Source of the DNA: a virus
Length of the DNA stretch: 64,000 bases
Strand: one strand, 5' to 3'
IMG/VR virus record: IMGVR_UViG_3300032087_002150
Location: 1-64,000 of that record
Part shown: piece after piece, positions 28,622-37,635 of the stretch
Numbering within the stretch: position 1 is the stretch's first letter
Layout of the letters: each line of letters starts with the position of its first letter
Translations under genes and position numbers: made by a program
Notes under the pieces: model-generated
The model's database searches: none
Seen by the model: the letters and a program-made list of their open reading frames with translations, nothing else
What the model was told of the DNA's origin: nothing

Positions 28622-29758
28622 TCAATCCTTTCCGTACATCTTAGAAAATGCTTTTGTGTACTTAGATGGTTTAGTTTTTGCGGTTGCATCACCAGGAGCT
28701 TTCTTATATGCTGCTGGATTGTTGTCGTCCATATCTTGCCCTTTCTTAAAATGGGCATCGCGACGTTTCTTGATTGCTTTTGATAGACCCTTGTGGTATG
28801 CCTTTGGTTGAGAACCTTCACGGTCTTTGATGTCTGGATCTTGTGCTGCTTTATACTTCTTATCTTTTTCTGCTTTCAGAGTTGCGTATCTTTTCCCGCC
28901 AGTAGGCGAAGGAATAAACTCTGCACTAGAAACATACTCATCTAACTTTTCAATGGCATCTAACCATTTACGCACAACCTTATCTTCGCTCAGTTGAACG
29001 ATAACATAGTTGCTGCCCAGATGGGTAATAGTACCGACCTCTTCAGATTCTTTTACAACAACCTGATCGCCGACTTCGAACAACTCTCCTTTTACAAACT
29101 TCTCGCGAGTCTCTGATACAGGATCAAGTTCTACGTGACGTTTGAATACAGTTTCTTCTTTGATTCCCATACCGTTGCGCACATCAACGAACAACTTCTT
29201 CGCGTCCTTGTTACTCATAGATCCGAGACCTTGTGAGAAACTTGCGAAGTCATTATCTGCTGCGAACGCACGGAGTTTAGAAGCAGACATACCCTCTACA
29301 CCTTCGGCATCAGGGTCGCGTGCTCCAGCAGAAACTACTTGGATGTTCTTGAAGTTATAAAAACCGTGACGTCCTTTCTCGCCGTTGTACTTGTCGAGCA
29401 ATGTTTTAAACTCTCTTACACGGTCAGAACCTACGACCATGACCAAGTTCTTAAAACCTTGCTCATACAGATATGATGCTGCATCAAAGGCAGTACGAAT
29501 CTTCTTGTTGATTAGAACACGTCGTGCGTGACGAGGAAACATCTTACGAACATGTTTTACCTTCGAACCATAGTCGAGAGGATTTTTCTTGGCATCTTGT
29601 GACTGCGACAAGAAAACGAAATAAGGGTTCTTGCCTGCATTTTTTGCGAGCATGTCCAACAACTTCTGATGCCCAGAAGTTGGGGGGTTCATACGACCGA
29701 AGGTAAAGTAAGCGACCTTTGCTTCTTCTACCAGATAGTCATTGAACGACTTTATCAT
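28622..29758 (-). CDS. HIGH-superfamily nucleotidyltransferase (cytidylyltransferase/NMNAT-like) with SH3-like domain and basic tail
   Basis: FGRMNPPTSGH, VVGSDR, MSASKLR; leader MIKSFNDYLVEE. Confidence 0.85.
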   Translation of the reverse strand: MIKSFNDYLVEEAKVAYFTFGRMNPPTSGHQKLLDMLAKNAGKNPYFVFLSQSQDAKKNPLDYGSKVKHVRKMFPRHARRVLINKKIRTAFDAASYLYEQGFKNLVMVVGSDRVREFKTLLDKYNGEKGRHGFYNFKNIQVVSAGARDPDAEGVEGMSASKLRAFAADNDFASFSQGLGSMSNKDAKKLFVDVRNGMGIKEETVFKRHVELDPVSETREKFVKGELFEVGDQVVVKESEEVGTITHLGSNYVIVQLSEDKVVRKWLDAIEKLDEYVSSAEFIPSPTGGKRYATLKAEKDKKYKAAQDPDIKDREGSQPKAYHKGLSKAIKKRRDAHFKKGQDMDDNNPAAYKKAPGDATAKTKPSKYTKAFSKMYGKD

Positions 29759-29786
29759 CGTCGTCTCCCTACGATTACATTACGAA

Positions 29787-30275
29787 TTATTTCGCTGATT
29801 GCGCTGCTTTCTTTCGTTCTCTATCAGCTTTCCGAACATCAGGGATTAACCTTCTGGCAATGCGATCAATGCGAGGACCCATCTTATCAAGTTTCTTTTC
29901 ATATGCTTGACGTTGCGCAAAACCTAACTCTGACTTAGATTTGCCTCTGGTCAATCTTTTCAGAATCATGAGTCTTGCTTTTTTCTTTGCTCGCTTTTTG
30001 ATAACATCCATAGTTGGTGTTCTTCGCATTGCGCGAATCCTACCAAGTTTGATACGTGCCTTCATCTTCTTCATTTGAACACGTCGCTTGATGCGCTGAG
30101 CATGCGTCAGTGCTTCTTCTATCTTCTCACCTTCAGGTTGATAAGAAGCATACTCAGCATTGCTGCCAGCACCTTGTTGCTTATGTCGCTTGTGCGCCTG
30201 ATAGTTGATATACTCTCCAGTTCCTGGGACGTAATCAACGACGACGAAGTCTTTAAATGAGAGCGGTTTTGCCAC
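29787..30275 (-). CDS. Basic putative internal protein
   Basis: LSFKDF leader, IEE-ALT, Arg/Lys-rich helices; GTG start. Confidence 0.65.
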   Translation of the reverse strand: MAKPLSFKDFVVVDYVPGTGEYINYQAHKRHKQQGAGSNAEYASYQPEGEKIEEALTHAQRIKRRVQMKKMKARIKLGRIRAMRRTPTMDVIKKRAKKKARLMILKRLTRGKSKSELGFAQRQAYEKKLDKMGPRIDRIARRLIPDVRKADRERKKAAQSAK

Positions 30276-30277
30276 GT

Positions 30278-31513
30278 TTAGTTCCTACTAGGTTTATCCC
30301 ATCCTTTCAATATATCTGGTGAAAAGTTGTTATATGAAAACTCCATACGATCAACTAACTTCACCGCATCACCACCAAGTTTGTCGATAGCAACAAATCC
30401 TTCTTGACCTGTTACTTTGTAACCCTTGCGTGTTTTGACAAAAGTGCCTATATTCGCAAGAGCGTTTAGTTTATTTATAAGCATTAGTTTCGCCAATACA
30501 ATATTCTTTTGCAGTTCAAACATAGCGATCAATGATGCGGTGTTTTGCTTCGAGAAGAACGCCATAATTCTGTTGAGTTTTTCTCTTTGCGTTTTCTTAC
30601 CACGCTCCGTGGATCGCTTGTCCATCTCTGCTTTGTACTTTGTGCGCAACCAACGCTGTAACGCGATTACGTGTCTGCGCGAGTCTTGTATCACCATACC
30701 CTTACGAACGAAAGTGTTGTTAAACTGTTCGATCAACTGAGCGAGTTCTTGGTTCGCTTCAAGTTGCCGCAGGGTGCTACCAGCAATCTTCTGGAATATC
30801 TTACCAGCAGTTGACAAATACTCAGTGACTTCTTTTGTTTGACGAGCAGTCAAAGTGGCAGTCGTCACGTCACGGAGCATAGCATCCTGACTCCAAACCT
30901 TACGACTGTTCTTCAGAGCACCAACGTTGACGCCGAATGATGCTCGCATACTTTCAAACGTATCACCAGTGTATGTTGTATGCCACACGATACCGATACG
31001 AGCAGTCTTCACTTCTTTCGCCGCAGCACTACCAGTAGGCAAAGCATACACGATAGTGTTGGGATGAAACGTGACATAACTATCGCCGCCAATATTCTTG
31101 GTCGTTACATCGCCAGGACCAAACAAGAAGTCTCCCTGTATGACACCCTTGATGCCAAGAGCAGGAAGTTCCTCAAGAGCAGCGTTGAGTTTTACGTTCA
31201 AGTCGCCGGAAGTGTCGGCGTCGACATCTGCCTTCGTCTTGTACACTTTAGGATTCTTGTTGAAGATACCCTTCTTCGCCACGAAGAACTTACCGTCGCG
31301 AGGGTCTATGCCTGCGAAGATAGCAGGGGCACCGTCCCACTTGACGGAGATATCGCCCTTATGTTTGCCAGCAAGCATATCGCGCAGGGAACGAAGTGCG
31401 TTGATCGCCTGACGAGTTCCCTCAACCCCACCGTAGAGGACTTTGTCCTCGATGTGAGTCATGTGAGTGTTCTTCGCCTCAGAGAGCATTTGATGTGTCA
31501 TAAACGATTTCAT
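30278..31513 (-). CDS. ATP-dependent ligase-fold protein (DUF6267-like)
   Basis: NTHMTHIED; SVKWDG (motif I), QGDFLF, EGFV (IV), VKLVDR (V). Confidence 0.7.
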   Translation of the reverse strand: MKSFMTHQMLSEAKNTHMTHIEDKVLYGGVEGTRQAINALRSLRDMLAGKHKGDISVKWDGAPAIFAGIDPRDGKFFVAKKGIFNKNPKVYKTKADVDADTSGDLNVKLNAALEELPALGIKGVIQGDFLFGPGDVTTKNIGGDSYVTFHPNTIVYALPTGSAAAKEVKTARIGIVWHTTYTGDTFESMRASFGVNVGALKNSRKVWSQDAMLRDVTTATLTARQTKEVTEYLSTAGKIFQKIAGSTLRQLEANQELAQLIEQFNNTFVRKGMVIQDSRRHVIALQRWLRTKYKAEMDKRSTERGKKTQREKLNRIMAFFSKQNTASLIAMFELQKNIVLAKLMLINKLNALANIGTFVKTRKGYKVTGQEGFVAIDKLGGDAVKLVDRMEFSYNNFSPDILKGWDKPSRN

Positions 31514-31519
31514 ACGCGC

Positions 31520-31584
31520 ATTGTACTATATCTGGACACAAAAGTAAAGGATTGTTTTGCTATATGCATATAACTTTTAGTTAT
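31520..31584 (-). promoter_or_regulatory. Sigma70 promoter with upstream LysR-type box
   Basis: TTTACT-17-TACAAT; ATAAC-N5-GTTAT (T-N11-A) at 31570-31584. Confidence 0.55.
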
Positions 31585-31593
31585 TTCCAGTTA

Positions 31594-32400
31594 TCATTGC
31601 TGTACTAAAATTCCTTCAGCAAATACTGATCCAAAAGTAGAACCTGACAAAGACCTTAACTGCATTTCAATGTCGGTTTTTTCGTCGTACTTAAACGGTG
31701 CCTGTCTTACAATGTTCATGTTCTCAAAAAATGTGGTGTCAGCAACTCTAAGTTCACGAGCAGAAGCATTATTGGACACCAAGAAGTTTCTAAATCGTGC
31801 TGCTTTACCACCGTTCGCATCCGTACAGAATGCGTCAATACGAGTCAGAAAGAAACAGTATCCCGCAGGAACAGTGTAAACTGCCTTTTGACATCTACCG
31901 TTACCCGCTAGAATAACCGCATAGTTGTTTACGCCATCACCCAAAGTGACATTTCCTGTCGCATTGCCCGAGATGATTATCATATCGTTCACACGAAGAT
32001 AAGAATTTGAAGTGGTTATGGGCGTTGTTCCTGTGAGAGTCTTTGTCTCACTGACTGAAAGAAAGTTCTCGTCCAAACCTTGAATCAATACAACAGCTGT
32101 TGTGTCACCGATTGCACTACTCACAAGACTGAGAGTAGATGCTGACGATGGGAAAGTGTAGTTGCTCGCTTCTTCCCAAGGAGTTCGAAACTCTGTGGTA
32201 ACGATATTAGCGGCACCTCCCGTAGTTCCAAAGATGTTACGAACTGAGTACCCTTCAACTGTTCCATCTGCAATAGGAATATTTGCAGACGAACCAAATG
32301 AGTTGATGATATTGCCGTCTTTGTCAGCAAGCATCTGGACTTCATAGATGTCCTCGTTGTTGCCGAGCATGCGTTGAAATAGTTTGTTCCACTGTGCCAT
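31594..32400 (-). CDS. Putative virion structural protein (beta-rich)
   Basis: IQGLDENF...ETKTLTGTT...YLRVN, YTVPAG motifs; S/T/G-rich. Confidence 0.6.
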   Translation of the reverse strand: MAQWNKLFQRMLGNNEDIYEVQMLADKDGNIINSFGSSANIPIADGTVEGYSVRNIFGTTGGAANIVTTEFRTPWEEASNYTFPSSASTLSLVSSAIGDTTAVVLIQGLDENFLSVSETKTLTGTTPITTSNSYLRVNDMIIISGNATGNVTLGDGVNNYAVILAGNGRCQKAVYTVPAGYCFFLTRIDAFCTDANGGKAARFRNFLVSNNASARELRVADTTFFENMNIVRQAPFKYDEKTDIEMQLRSLSGSTFGSVFAEGILVQQ

Positions 32401-32401
32401 T

Positions 32402-33664
32402 TTAGTAAACCTTTGCGTATGGTCCTGATAGTTCTGACTCGGATCCAGCATAGTTCACTAGACCTGAGGCGAAACGATCCTTATCTTTCTTTGACATTGA
32501 TTCGACTATGGAAATAAGTTGGGTTGTCATGATCTTAGAGACAAACCAGTTCATATCTTTTTCCATGACTGCTTTATAAAAATCGTACTCGTCCATCTTA
32601 GGTGTATCTGGACAAGCATTGTACCAATCGTAGAACTTTTTGATTGTTTCTTCGTTGCGATCACTAAGTTCTCTTTGAGGTATAAATGTTTTCGATGGTC
32701 CAACGATCATATCGACCAACCCTTTGATCGGACCACCAGACATCTTACCCATGTTCGCGTTCTTACCTTTTAGTTCGCCCTGCCATGTAGTGCCGAACTT
32801 ACGAAACTGCGCTTTCCCACCATTGAAGAAAAGGTATCCATCTCCGGACTCAAAGAATCCACGGAGACCAGTTGTTGTTTTTTCGTATTTGAACGTCGGT
32901 CGTTCCCTACCCAAGTTCAGTTCTTTGTAAGTAACAGTTCCTACACATTTCTTGAGAGAAACACCAACGATATCCTTACTCTTAAAATTCTGAATCAACA
33001 TTTCGTTTAGTTCAACAAAAGTTTTAGCGGAAGTCAGGGGAACGTTCGCTCCTTTTGGTGTGGTCATCCATATGTCAGCAGGACTCCACTTATTCGCGTC
33101 GCCGAACGGTCTACCTGCTTCTCTGTTAAGCAGGTTTACATGCTTATACAACTTGTCGACCCAAGCAGAACCGCGATGATGTGTATAAGATGAGGAAGGG
33201 AACTTCTTCTTCAATTCTTCTGCCACCAACTTGGAAGATGCAATCCAGTCGTCTGGCAGTTTGGTTAGCACGTTGTCGATTTTCTCGTCGACGTCGTACT
33301 TACTGCTGGCACCTTTGAGTCCAGCATGAGTGTATGGTTTCTTGGCGTAGCAAGCAGCGTTATAAACGCATTGAGCAGACTCAGCGAGCTTGGTGATGTC
33401 AGAACCTGCGCCTGATCCCCCGCCACCTTTTATCTTTGCTTCAACGTAATACGTTCCGATTTCGGTACGACCAACAGAGGATGAACCACCTTTGGGGTTG
33501 TACCTTCCCCTCAACTTAGTGGCAATGTTTCTCAATGCACCCTCTCGATCGCCACCCTTTTCGAGTTCGACGACCACCGTGCTTCGAGTCTTGCCTTGCT
33601 TGAGATCTGTGTACCCACACTTGTCGAGTTGGATTTTTAGATCATCTGTTGAACGGATTGCCAT
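32402..33664 (-). CDS. Restriction-endonuclease-fold (PD-(D/E)xK-like) protein
   Basis: AESAQ...NKWSPADIW...GVSLKK; TATAAATA at 33689-33696. Confidence 0.5.
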   Translation of the reverse strand: MAIRSTDDLKIQLDKCGYTDLKQGKTRSTVVVELEKGGDREGALRNIATKLRGRYNPKGGSSSVGRTEIGTYYVEAKIKGGGGSGAGSDITKLAESAQCVYNAACYAKKPYTHAGLKGASSKYDVDEKIDNVLTKLPDDWIASSKLVAEELKKKFPSSSYTHHRGSAWVDKLYKHVNLLNREAGRPFGDANKWSPADIWMTTPKGANVPLTSAKTFVELNEMLIQNFKSKDIVGVSLKKCVGTVTYKELNLGRERPTFKYEKTTTGLRGFFESGDGYLFFNGGKAQFRKFGTTWQGELKGKNANMGKMSGGPIKGLVDMIVGPSKTFIPQRELSDRNEETIKKFYDWYNACPDTPKMDEYDFYKAVMEKDMNWFVSKIMTTQLISIVESMSKKDKDRFASGLVNYAGSESELSGPYAKVY

Positions 33665-33691
33665 AGATACCTTCCCTTTGGATGTATCTAT

Positions 33692-34135
33692 TTATATCTC
33701 TTCTTCCATCCACTTCTTGAAGAGTTTTTCTTCTAGGCGTCTCGCCTCTTTCTCCCAAGGAGTGTCGTTCTCGCCATACTTACCTTTTCCGTAATGAATC
33801 TTCCTGCCTTTCCAACGCGAAACAGGCAGATCCCATTCGTCGGGATGCTGAGTAAGTTCTCTTCGGAGATACTGACGAGCATGCACTAATTCGTGTGCAG
33901 TAGTTTTGAGTTTATCTTCGTAGGAAATAGGTTCGCCGAACTGACGAGTCGCAACCTGTATGGAGATTTCACGAGAATCACCTGTACATAATCCAAACGC
34001 ATTATCTTCTAGTTCGCCGTAGTGCCACCTGAAATCAATCCATCCGCGAAGTTTATCAATACCAAGTTCTTCGCAGCACCATTCAACGAACTCCTCAATG
34101 TACTGAGGAGTCCTCGCATGATAATAGACCAACAT
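33692..34135 (-). CDS. Zincin-like metallopeptidase
   Basis: AHELVHARQ...PWEKEA. Confidence 0.8.
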   Translation of the reverse strand: MLVYYHARTPQYIEEFVEWCCEELGIDKLRGWIDFRWHYGELEDNAFGLCTGDSREISIQVATRQFGEPISYEDKLKTTAHELVHARQYLRRELTQHPDEWDLPVSRWKGRKIHYGKGKYGENDTPWEKEARRLEEKLFKKWMEEEI

Positions 34136-34482
34136 TAGTATCGACCAAGGATCTTGTCTAACTTCCGTCCCATATCATAAATCTTACGATCAATGCCATG
34201 TTGAATAGAAGTTTCGATCTGCCAAGCAGTTCGATCAACAGTTCTCTGAATCACACGATCAGTCGCTGCTTCTACACGACCAGAACGGTCACAACTGTAG
34301 TGATACAGGGTGTTGGTGGATGCGCGATACGAAGGTTCGCGAGCAGATCCATCAGGTTGACAACCCTTGCCGCCATAAACAACTTTGGCGTTTGAGGGGA
34401 TAGTGATATCAGCACTGTGAGTTTCTTGCGAATGAGCGCCGATCACTAAAACTACAAATATTGCAAACAGATACTTTGTCAT
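34135..34482 (-). CDS. Exported hypothetical protein
   Basis: Signal peptide, two Cys, GGAGG SD. Confidence 0.7.
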   Translation of the reverse strand: MTKYLFAIFVVLVIGAHSQETHSADITIPSNAKVVYGGKGCQPDGSAREPSYRASTNTLYHYSCDRSGRVEAATDRVIQRTVDRTAWQIETSIQHGIDRKIYDMGRKLDKILGRY

Positions 34483-34501
34483 AGGATTTCCTCCTTTGCC
34501 C

Positions 34502-34575
34502 TATTTATAAGACTATTATGACTGAAACTGTATACAAAAGCAAATAGAAAAAAGTCATTTAAAATCAATGACTTG
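34502..34575 (-). promoter_or_regulatory. Early promoter with IHF box plus late TATAAATA
   Basis: TTGCTT-17-CATAAT; AATCAATGACTTG 34563-34575; TATAAATA 34502-34509. Confidence 0.8.
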
Positions 34576-34576
34576 T

Positions 34577-34653
34577 GACTGCGACCCCGTCTACACCGCT
34601 CTCCAAAATATGCGGTGGACACATCAGGACATCTCTACCATGCCCTCGCAGTC
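34577..34653 (-). ncRNA. Candidate three-way-junction RNA
   Basis: GACTGCGA/TCGCAGTC enclosing GGGCAT/ATGTCC and CACCGC/GCGGTG stems. Confidence 0.4.
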
Positions 34654-34659
34654 GTACCC

Positions 34660-34926
34660 TTACGTTTCCCTCTTTTGACCGGAACCCTGCTCCTTCCTTG
34701 TTAGCAGGTAATCTACGTGATCGAGATTCAACGGTTCTTCGTCGAACGCTCGCATCATGTTACACATATCTTCATACAACTCATCAGGTATATCACCAAA
34801 TGGACTTATAGGATTAGTCGAATAATATTTGACATTGCCCTTATCATCATAATAGATCTCGTGAATCTGATATCCCAGCAGGGGATCAGTCTTAGGGCGA
34901 TGCGCTATCCTGTAGTTCCAACTCAT
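34660..34926 (-). CDS. Conserved phage hypothetical protein
   Basis: WNYRI...IHEIYYD motif. Confidence 0.7.
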   Translation of the reverse strand: MSWNYRIAHRPKTDPLLGYQIHEIYYDDKGNVKYYSTNPISPFGDIPDELYEDMCNMMRAFDEEPLNLDHVDYLLTRKEQGSGQKRET

Positions 34927-35581
34927 ACTGGTCTCTCAACTTCAAGAACTCACCTACCCATTCGTCACGGTGTTCGATGAATACTTGAGAATCTCCTTCT
35001 TGCGTTGTAATGATTGTGACTAACTGAGTCACAGGTATTCCAGTCATTTCTTCAAACATGACTGCGTATGCAGCTTCCTGCTTGAAGTAGTTATATATCT
35101 TAGATCGAGTCTTTCGCCTCGCAGCAGTTTTCCAGTCAATCACTGAAAGTTTGCCGTCATACTCGGCGACCATATCCACAGTACCTGCTGCTCGCAGATA
35201 CTCAGAATACATTAGTCCCTCAATCAACCTAACATTGTCGATGTGCTCATCAGCAACATCACGCAGGCGACCGAACATGTCGCGAGCGTTTGGCATTATT
35301 ACGCCAGTGGACTCTTTCCCTTGTATGTAGTCCTCTATCAAAGTATGGACTGACGTGCCACGTTGAGTTGCTTGCCGAGATATTTTGTTCGCTTGCTCAG
35401 CACCAACTCGGCGTCGCCATTCATGTAATGCCCTCTTGGTTTTCTTACAAGAGGAAAGGACGGTGGTGACAGAAGGGTACGGAACTGCCTCCCCATCCTC
35501 TTTTACATAATGACGTTTACCGTTGACGGTGACGCGCTTGATCTTGGGTAACTCGATCAAGTCCAAATTAAATTTTTTCAT
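34892..35581 (-). CDS. PD-(D/E)xK exonuclease
   Basis: YPSVTTVL, RGTSVH, AGTVD, IDWKT, QEAAYA. Confidence 0.9.
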   Translation of the reverse strand: MKKFNLDLIELPKIKRVTVNGKRHYVKEDGEAVPYPSVTTVLSSCKKTKRALHEWRRRVGAEQANKISRQATQRGTSVHTLIEDYIQGKESTGVIMPNARDMFGRLRDVADEHIDNVRLIEGLMYSEYLRAAGTVDMVAEYDGKLSVIDWKTAARRKTRSKIYNYFKQEAAYAVMFEEMTGIPVTQLVTIITTQEGDSQVFIEHRDEWVGEFLKLRDQYELELQDSASP

Positions 35582-35583
35582 AA

Positions 35584-35910
35584 CTAAAAAAGTTCGCCAG
35601 AGAAATCCGTGTTCAAAGTTTTACCAAGAATTCTTTTTGCTTTGCCAAGATGCCCCTTGTTGTGTTTAGACCAGTCCCGAGCATGAAGTCCATCACGCCC
35701 AAAGTCTGCTACTGCTAGAGCATACTTATTATTTAATGTGCGCACCATATGCACTTCTACTGGTGCGTCTTTCCAAGTAAACTCCCATGCCCATCTCAAC
35801 TTACCATATGCGTCGTGATCTGCTTGGGCGTCTTGTTCGAAATATGAAGAAAGAAGTTCTACTGCCACTAGAGCAGATGGGTTGACTTCTTCTATATTTT
35901 CAAGTTCCAT
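35584..35910 (-). CDS. Hypothetical protein
   Basis: 108-aa ORF coupled to neighbours. Confidence 0.6.
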   Translation of the reverse strand: MELENIEEVNPSALVAVELLSSYFEQDAQADHDAYGKLRWAWEFTWKDAPVEVHMVRTLNNKYALAVADFGRDGLHARDWSKHNKGHLGKAKRILGKTLNTDFSGELF

Positions 35911-36125
35911 TAAAGTAATCCTGCTACAACCTTAATCGCGTCAATCGCCTTGACTGCTTTGTTCTTAAGATCTTCTGTTTCTAGTTGATCTTGAATACGA
36001 GCGAGGTCAACAATATCTTCGACCAACTCCTCATACTCACCCTGAGTTATGTGTCCAGCGTCCAAGAGTTCTTTGTACTCCCGAACTTTTATTTCCGCTG
36101 CTTTCTGCCAAAGTTCTAAGTTCAT
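35910..36125 (-). CDS. Hypothetical helical protein
   Basis: LLDAGHITQGEYE SHOCT-like motif. Confidence 0.6.
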   Translation of the reverse strand: MNLELWQKAAEIKVREYKELLDAGHITQGEYEELVEDIVDLARIQDQLETEDLKNKAVKAIDAIKVVAGLL

Positions 36126-36496
36126 TTCCTACCCCCGAAAACTTTAAGTGCTGCTTCAGAGGCATCAGCGATACTGCCTCGCTTGATCTTACAGTACACA
36201 TCACTTGGTTCTTCTTTTTCTGCTAGTTCTGACACCAAAGAGTGCAGGTCATTATAGATCCCTTCAATGTTGTCATTCAACCTATACTTTCCATAGAGAA
36301 CCAACTTGGCGCTCTGTCGTTTCATAAACTGTAACTCTCTAGGATTACACCAGTCTTTCGTTGGCATACCAGCAACGACTTGTATTTCCGCTAGAGTATC
36401 AAACTCGTTGTTATCGTACTTACTAGGAACCCATTTTCCAAGTTCCGCACAACCAACGATGAATGTTGTCGCAACTGCAAATACTAGATATCGCAT
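36122..36496 (-). CDS. Lipoprotein
   Basis: Lipobox FIVGC. Confidence 0.7.
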   Translation of the reverse strand: MRYLVFAVATTFIVGCAELGKWVPSKYDNNEFDTLAEIQVVAGMPTKDWCNPRELQFMKRQSAKLVLYGKYRLNDNIEGIYNDLHSLVSELAEKEEPSDVYCKIKRGSIADASEAALKVFGGRK

Positions 36497-36500
36497 ATCT

Positions 36501-36635
36501 CTACCCCATAAGTAGAATTGCTTTCAAGTCCTTTACAGACCACCCACTCATCCTCGCTAGTTGTCGAAGGGTCACATCCCAGTGCGTATCAAAATAATCT
36601 CGCACCCTCTGTTCAGTCCAAACGCCTGACGGCAT
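36501..36635 (-). CDS. 44-aa HTH-like protein (not in track)
   Basis: VTLRQLARMSGWSVKDLKAIL; GGAGG SD. Confidence 0.6.
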   Translation of the reverse strand: MPSGVWTEQRVRDYFDTHWDVTLRQLARMSGWSVKDLKAILLMG

Positions 36636-36638
36636 ACA

Positions 36639-36953
36639 TCACCTCCTCATACGGGCAAGATCTTTCGCTTGCTCGTCGTCAATGACAGGTACAGCGTTCG
36701 ACTTATGCATCGTCGCGATACCCTTGACCAGAGTCCCTGTATACTGTTTCTTCTCAGGAGCAGCGCAGGGACCACCCTTCGTACAGTCTACCGAAGCATA
36801 GACCTGACCTTCATCGCGACGAACAGGACCACTACGGGCAGTCATCTCGGAAAAAGCAGGTCGCTTATATTTAGCGTAGACCTCACCCTTGGGTTTACTT
36901 TTCTTGATCTTACGACCAGTAAAATCGTGAGACATAGAACCATAAATGCGCAT
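36639..36953 (-). CDS. Conserved T4-like early hypothetical protein
   Basis: YTGTLVKGIATMHKSNAVPV motif. Confidence 0.75.
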   Translation of the reverse strand: MRIYGSMSHDFTGRKIKKSKPKGEVYAKYKRPAFSEMTARSGPVRRDEGQVYASVDCTKGGPCAAPEKKQYTGTLVKGIATMHKSNAVPVIDDEQAKDLARMRR

Positions 36954-36974
36954 AGATGCACCTCCTATACTTTT

Positions 36975-37034
36975 ATTATGCCTCAATCAAGGAGGAAAAG
37001 CAAGAGAAAAAACTCTAGTAAGATCAACGACTTG
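36975..37034 (-). promoter_or_regulatory. Early promoter with IHF-like box
   Basis: TTGCTT-17-CATAAT; GATCAACGACTTG 37022-37034. Confidence 0.75.
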
Positions 37035-37635
37035 CTTCGTTCTTGTCCATAGTCATTTTCAAGTTGCCATAATTGAACGAGATAGCAACTCTACTCTTAT
37101 CAGGGTCAACGTCTTTTTGGGGGCGAACCTCATGCTCCAACCAACATGGCCAGCAGTTCAGTTGACCAGTTGTGGGGTAGTGGGTGTACAGCATATCTTC
37201 ACACCTTTCTCCTGGTTCAGAATGAGCAATCAACTGTCCATGAGGATTTCTGTATCTAATCTTAGTTGAGTTTTCGTCCGCATATGGATAATAGGTTCCT
37301 GCGACTAATGCGTATGGATGACTGTGTAATACATGGTCATCACCCTCGTTGTAAACTGAGAACCAATAGTCAAGGAAAGGTGGGCAATCTATTTTTCTTT
37401 TGTCCGCGAAAGTCTTGGCGGCATTCTTCATACAGTTTTCTAATGCGATGCGCCATGGCACTTTTAACTTCATGTACTCATTAAATTTTTTGTCATGATA
37501 ACTTGTATAAGAATTATGTTTAGCAAGAGTCTCCCTAACATAATCACTTATTTCTTCATGAGGCAAATCTACTGTAGTAAACAGTATAGGAATCGGCCAG
37601 ATTTCTTTAAACTCAAAATCCTTGATCATTCTCAT
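37024..37635 (-). CDS. 2OG-Fe(II) oxygenase-like (TIGR02466-type)
   Basis: HSH...AGTYY...WPCWLEHEV...RVAISFN. Confidence 0.8.
   Translation of the reverse strand: MRMIKDFEFKEIWPIPILFTTVDLPHEEISDYVRETLAKHNSYTSYHDKKFNEYMKLKVPWRIALENCMKNAAKTFADKRKIDCPPFLDYWFSVYNEGDDHVLHSHPYALVAGTYYPYADENSTKIRYRNPHGQLIAHSEPGERCEDMLYTHYPTTGQLNCWPCWLEHEVRPQKDVDPDKSRVAISFNYGNLKMTMDKNEASR

Noticed and set aside
34655-34700. Cobalamin riboswitch-like words (GGTTCC...AAGAGGGAA)
   Set aside because: Lies inside a coding region and lacks the B12 box and T-loop elements
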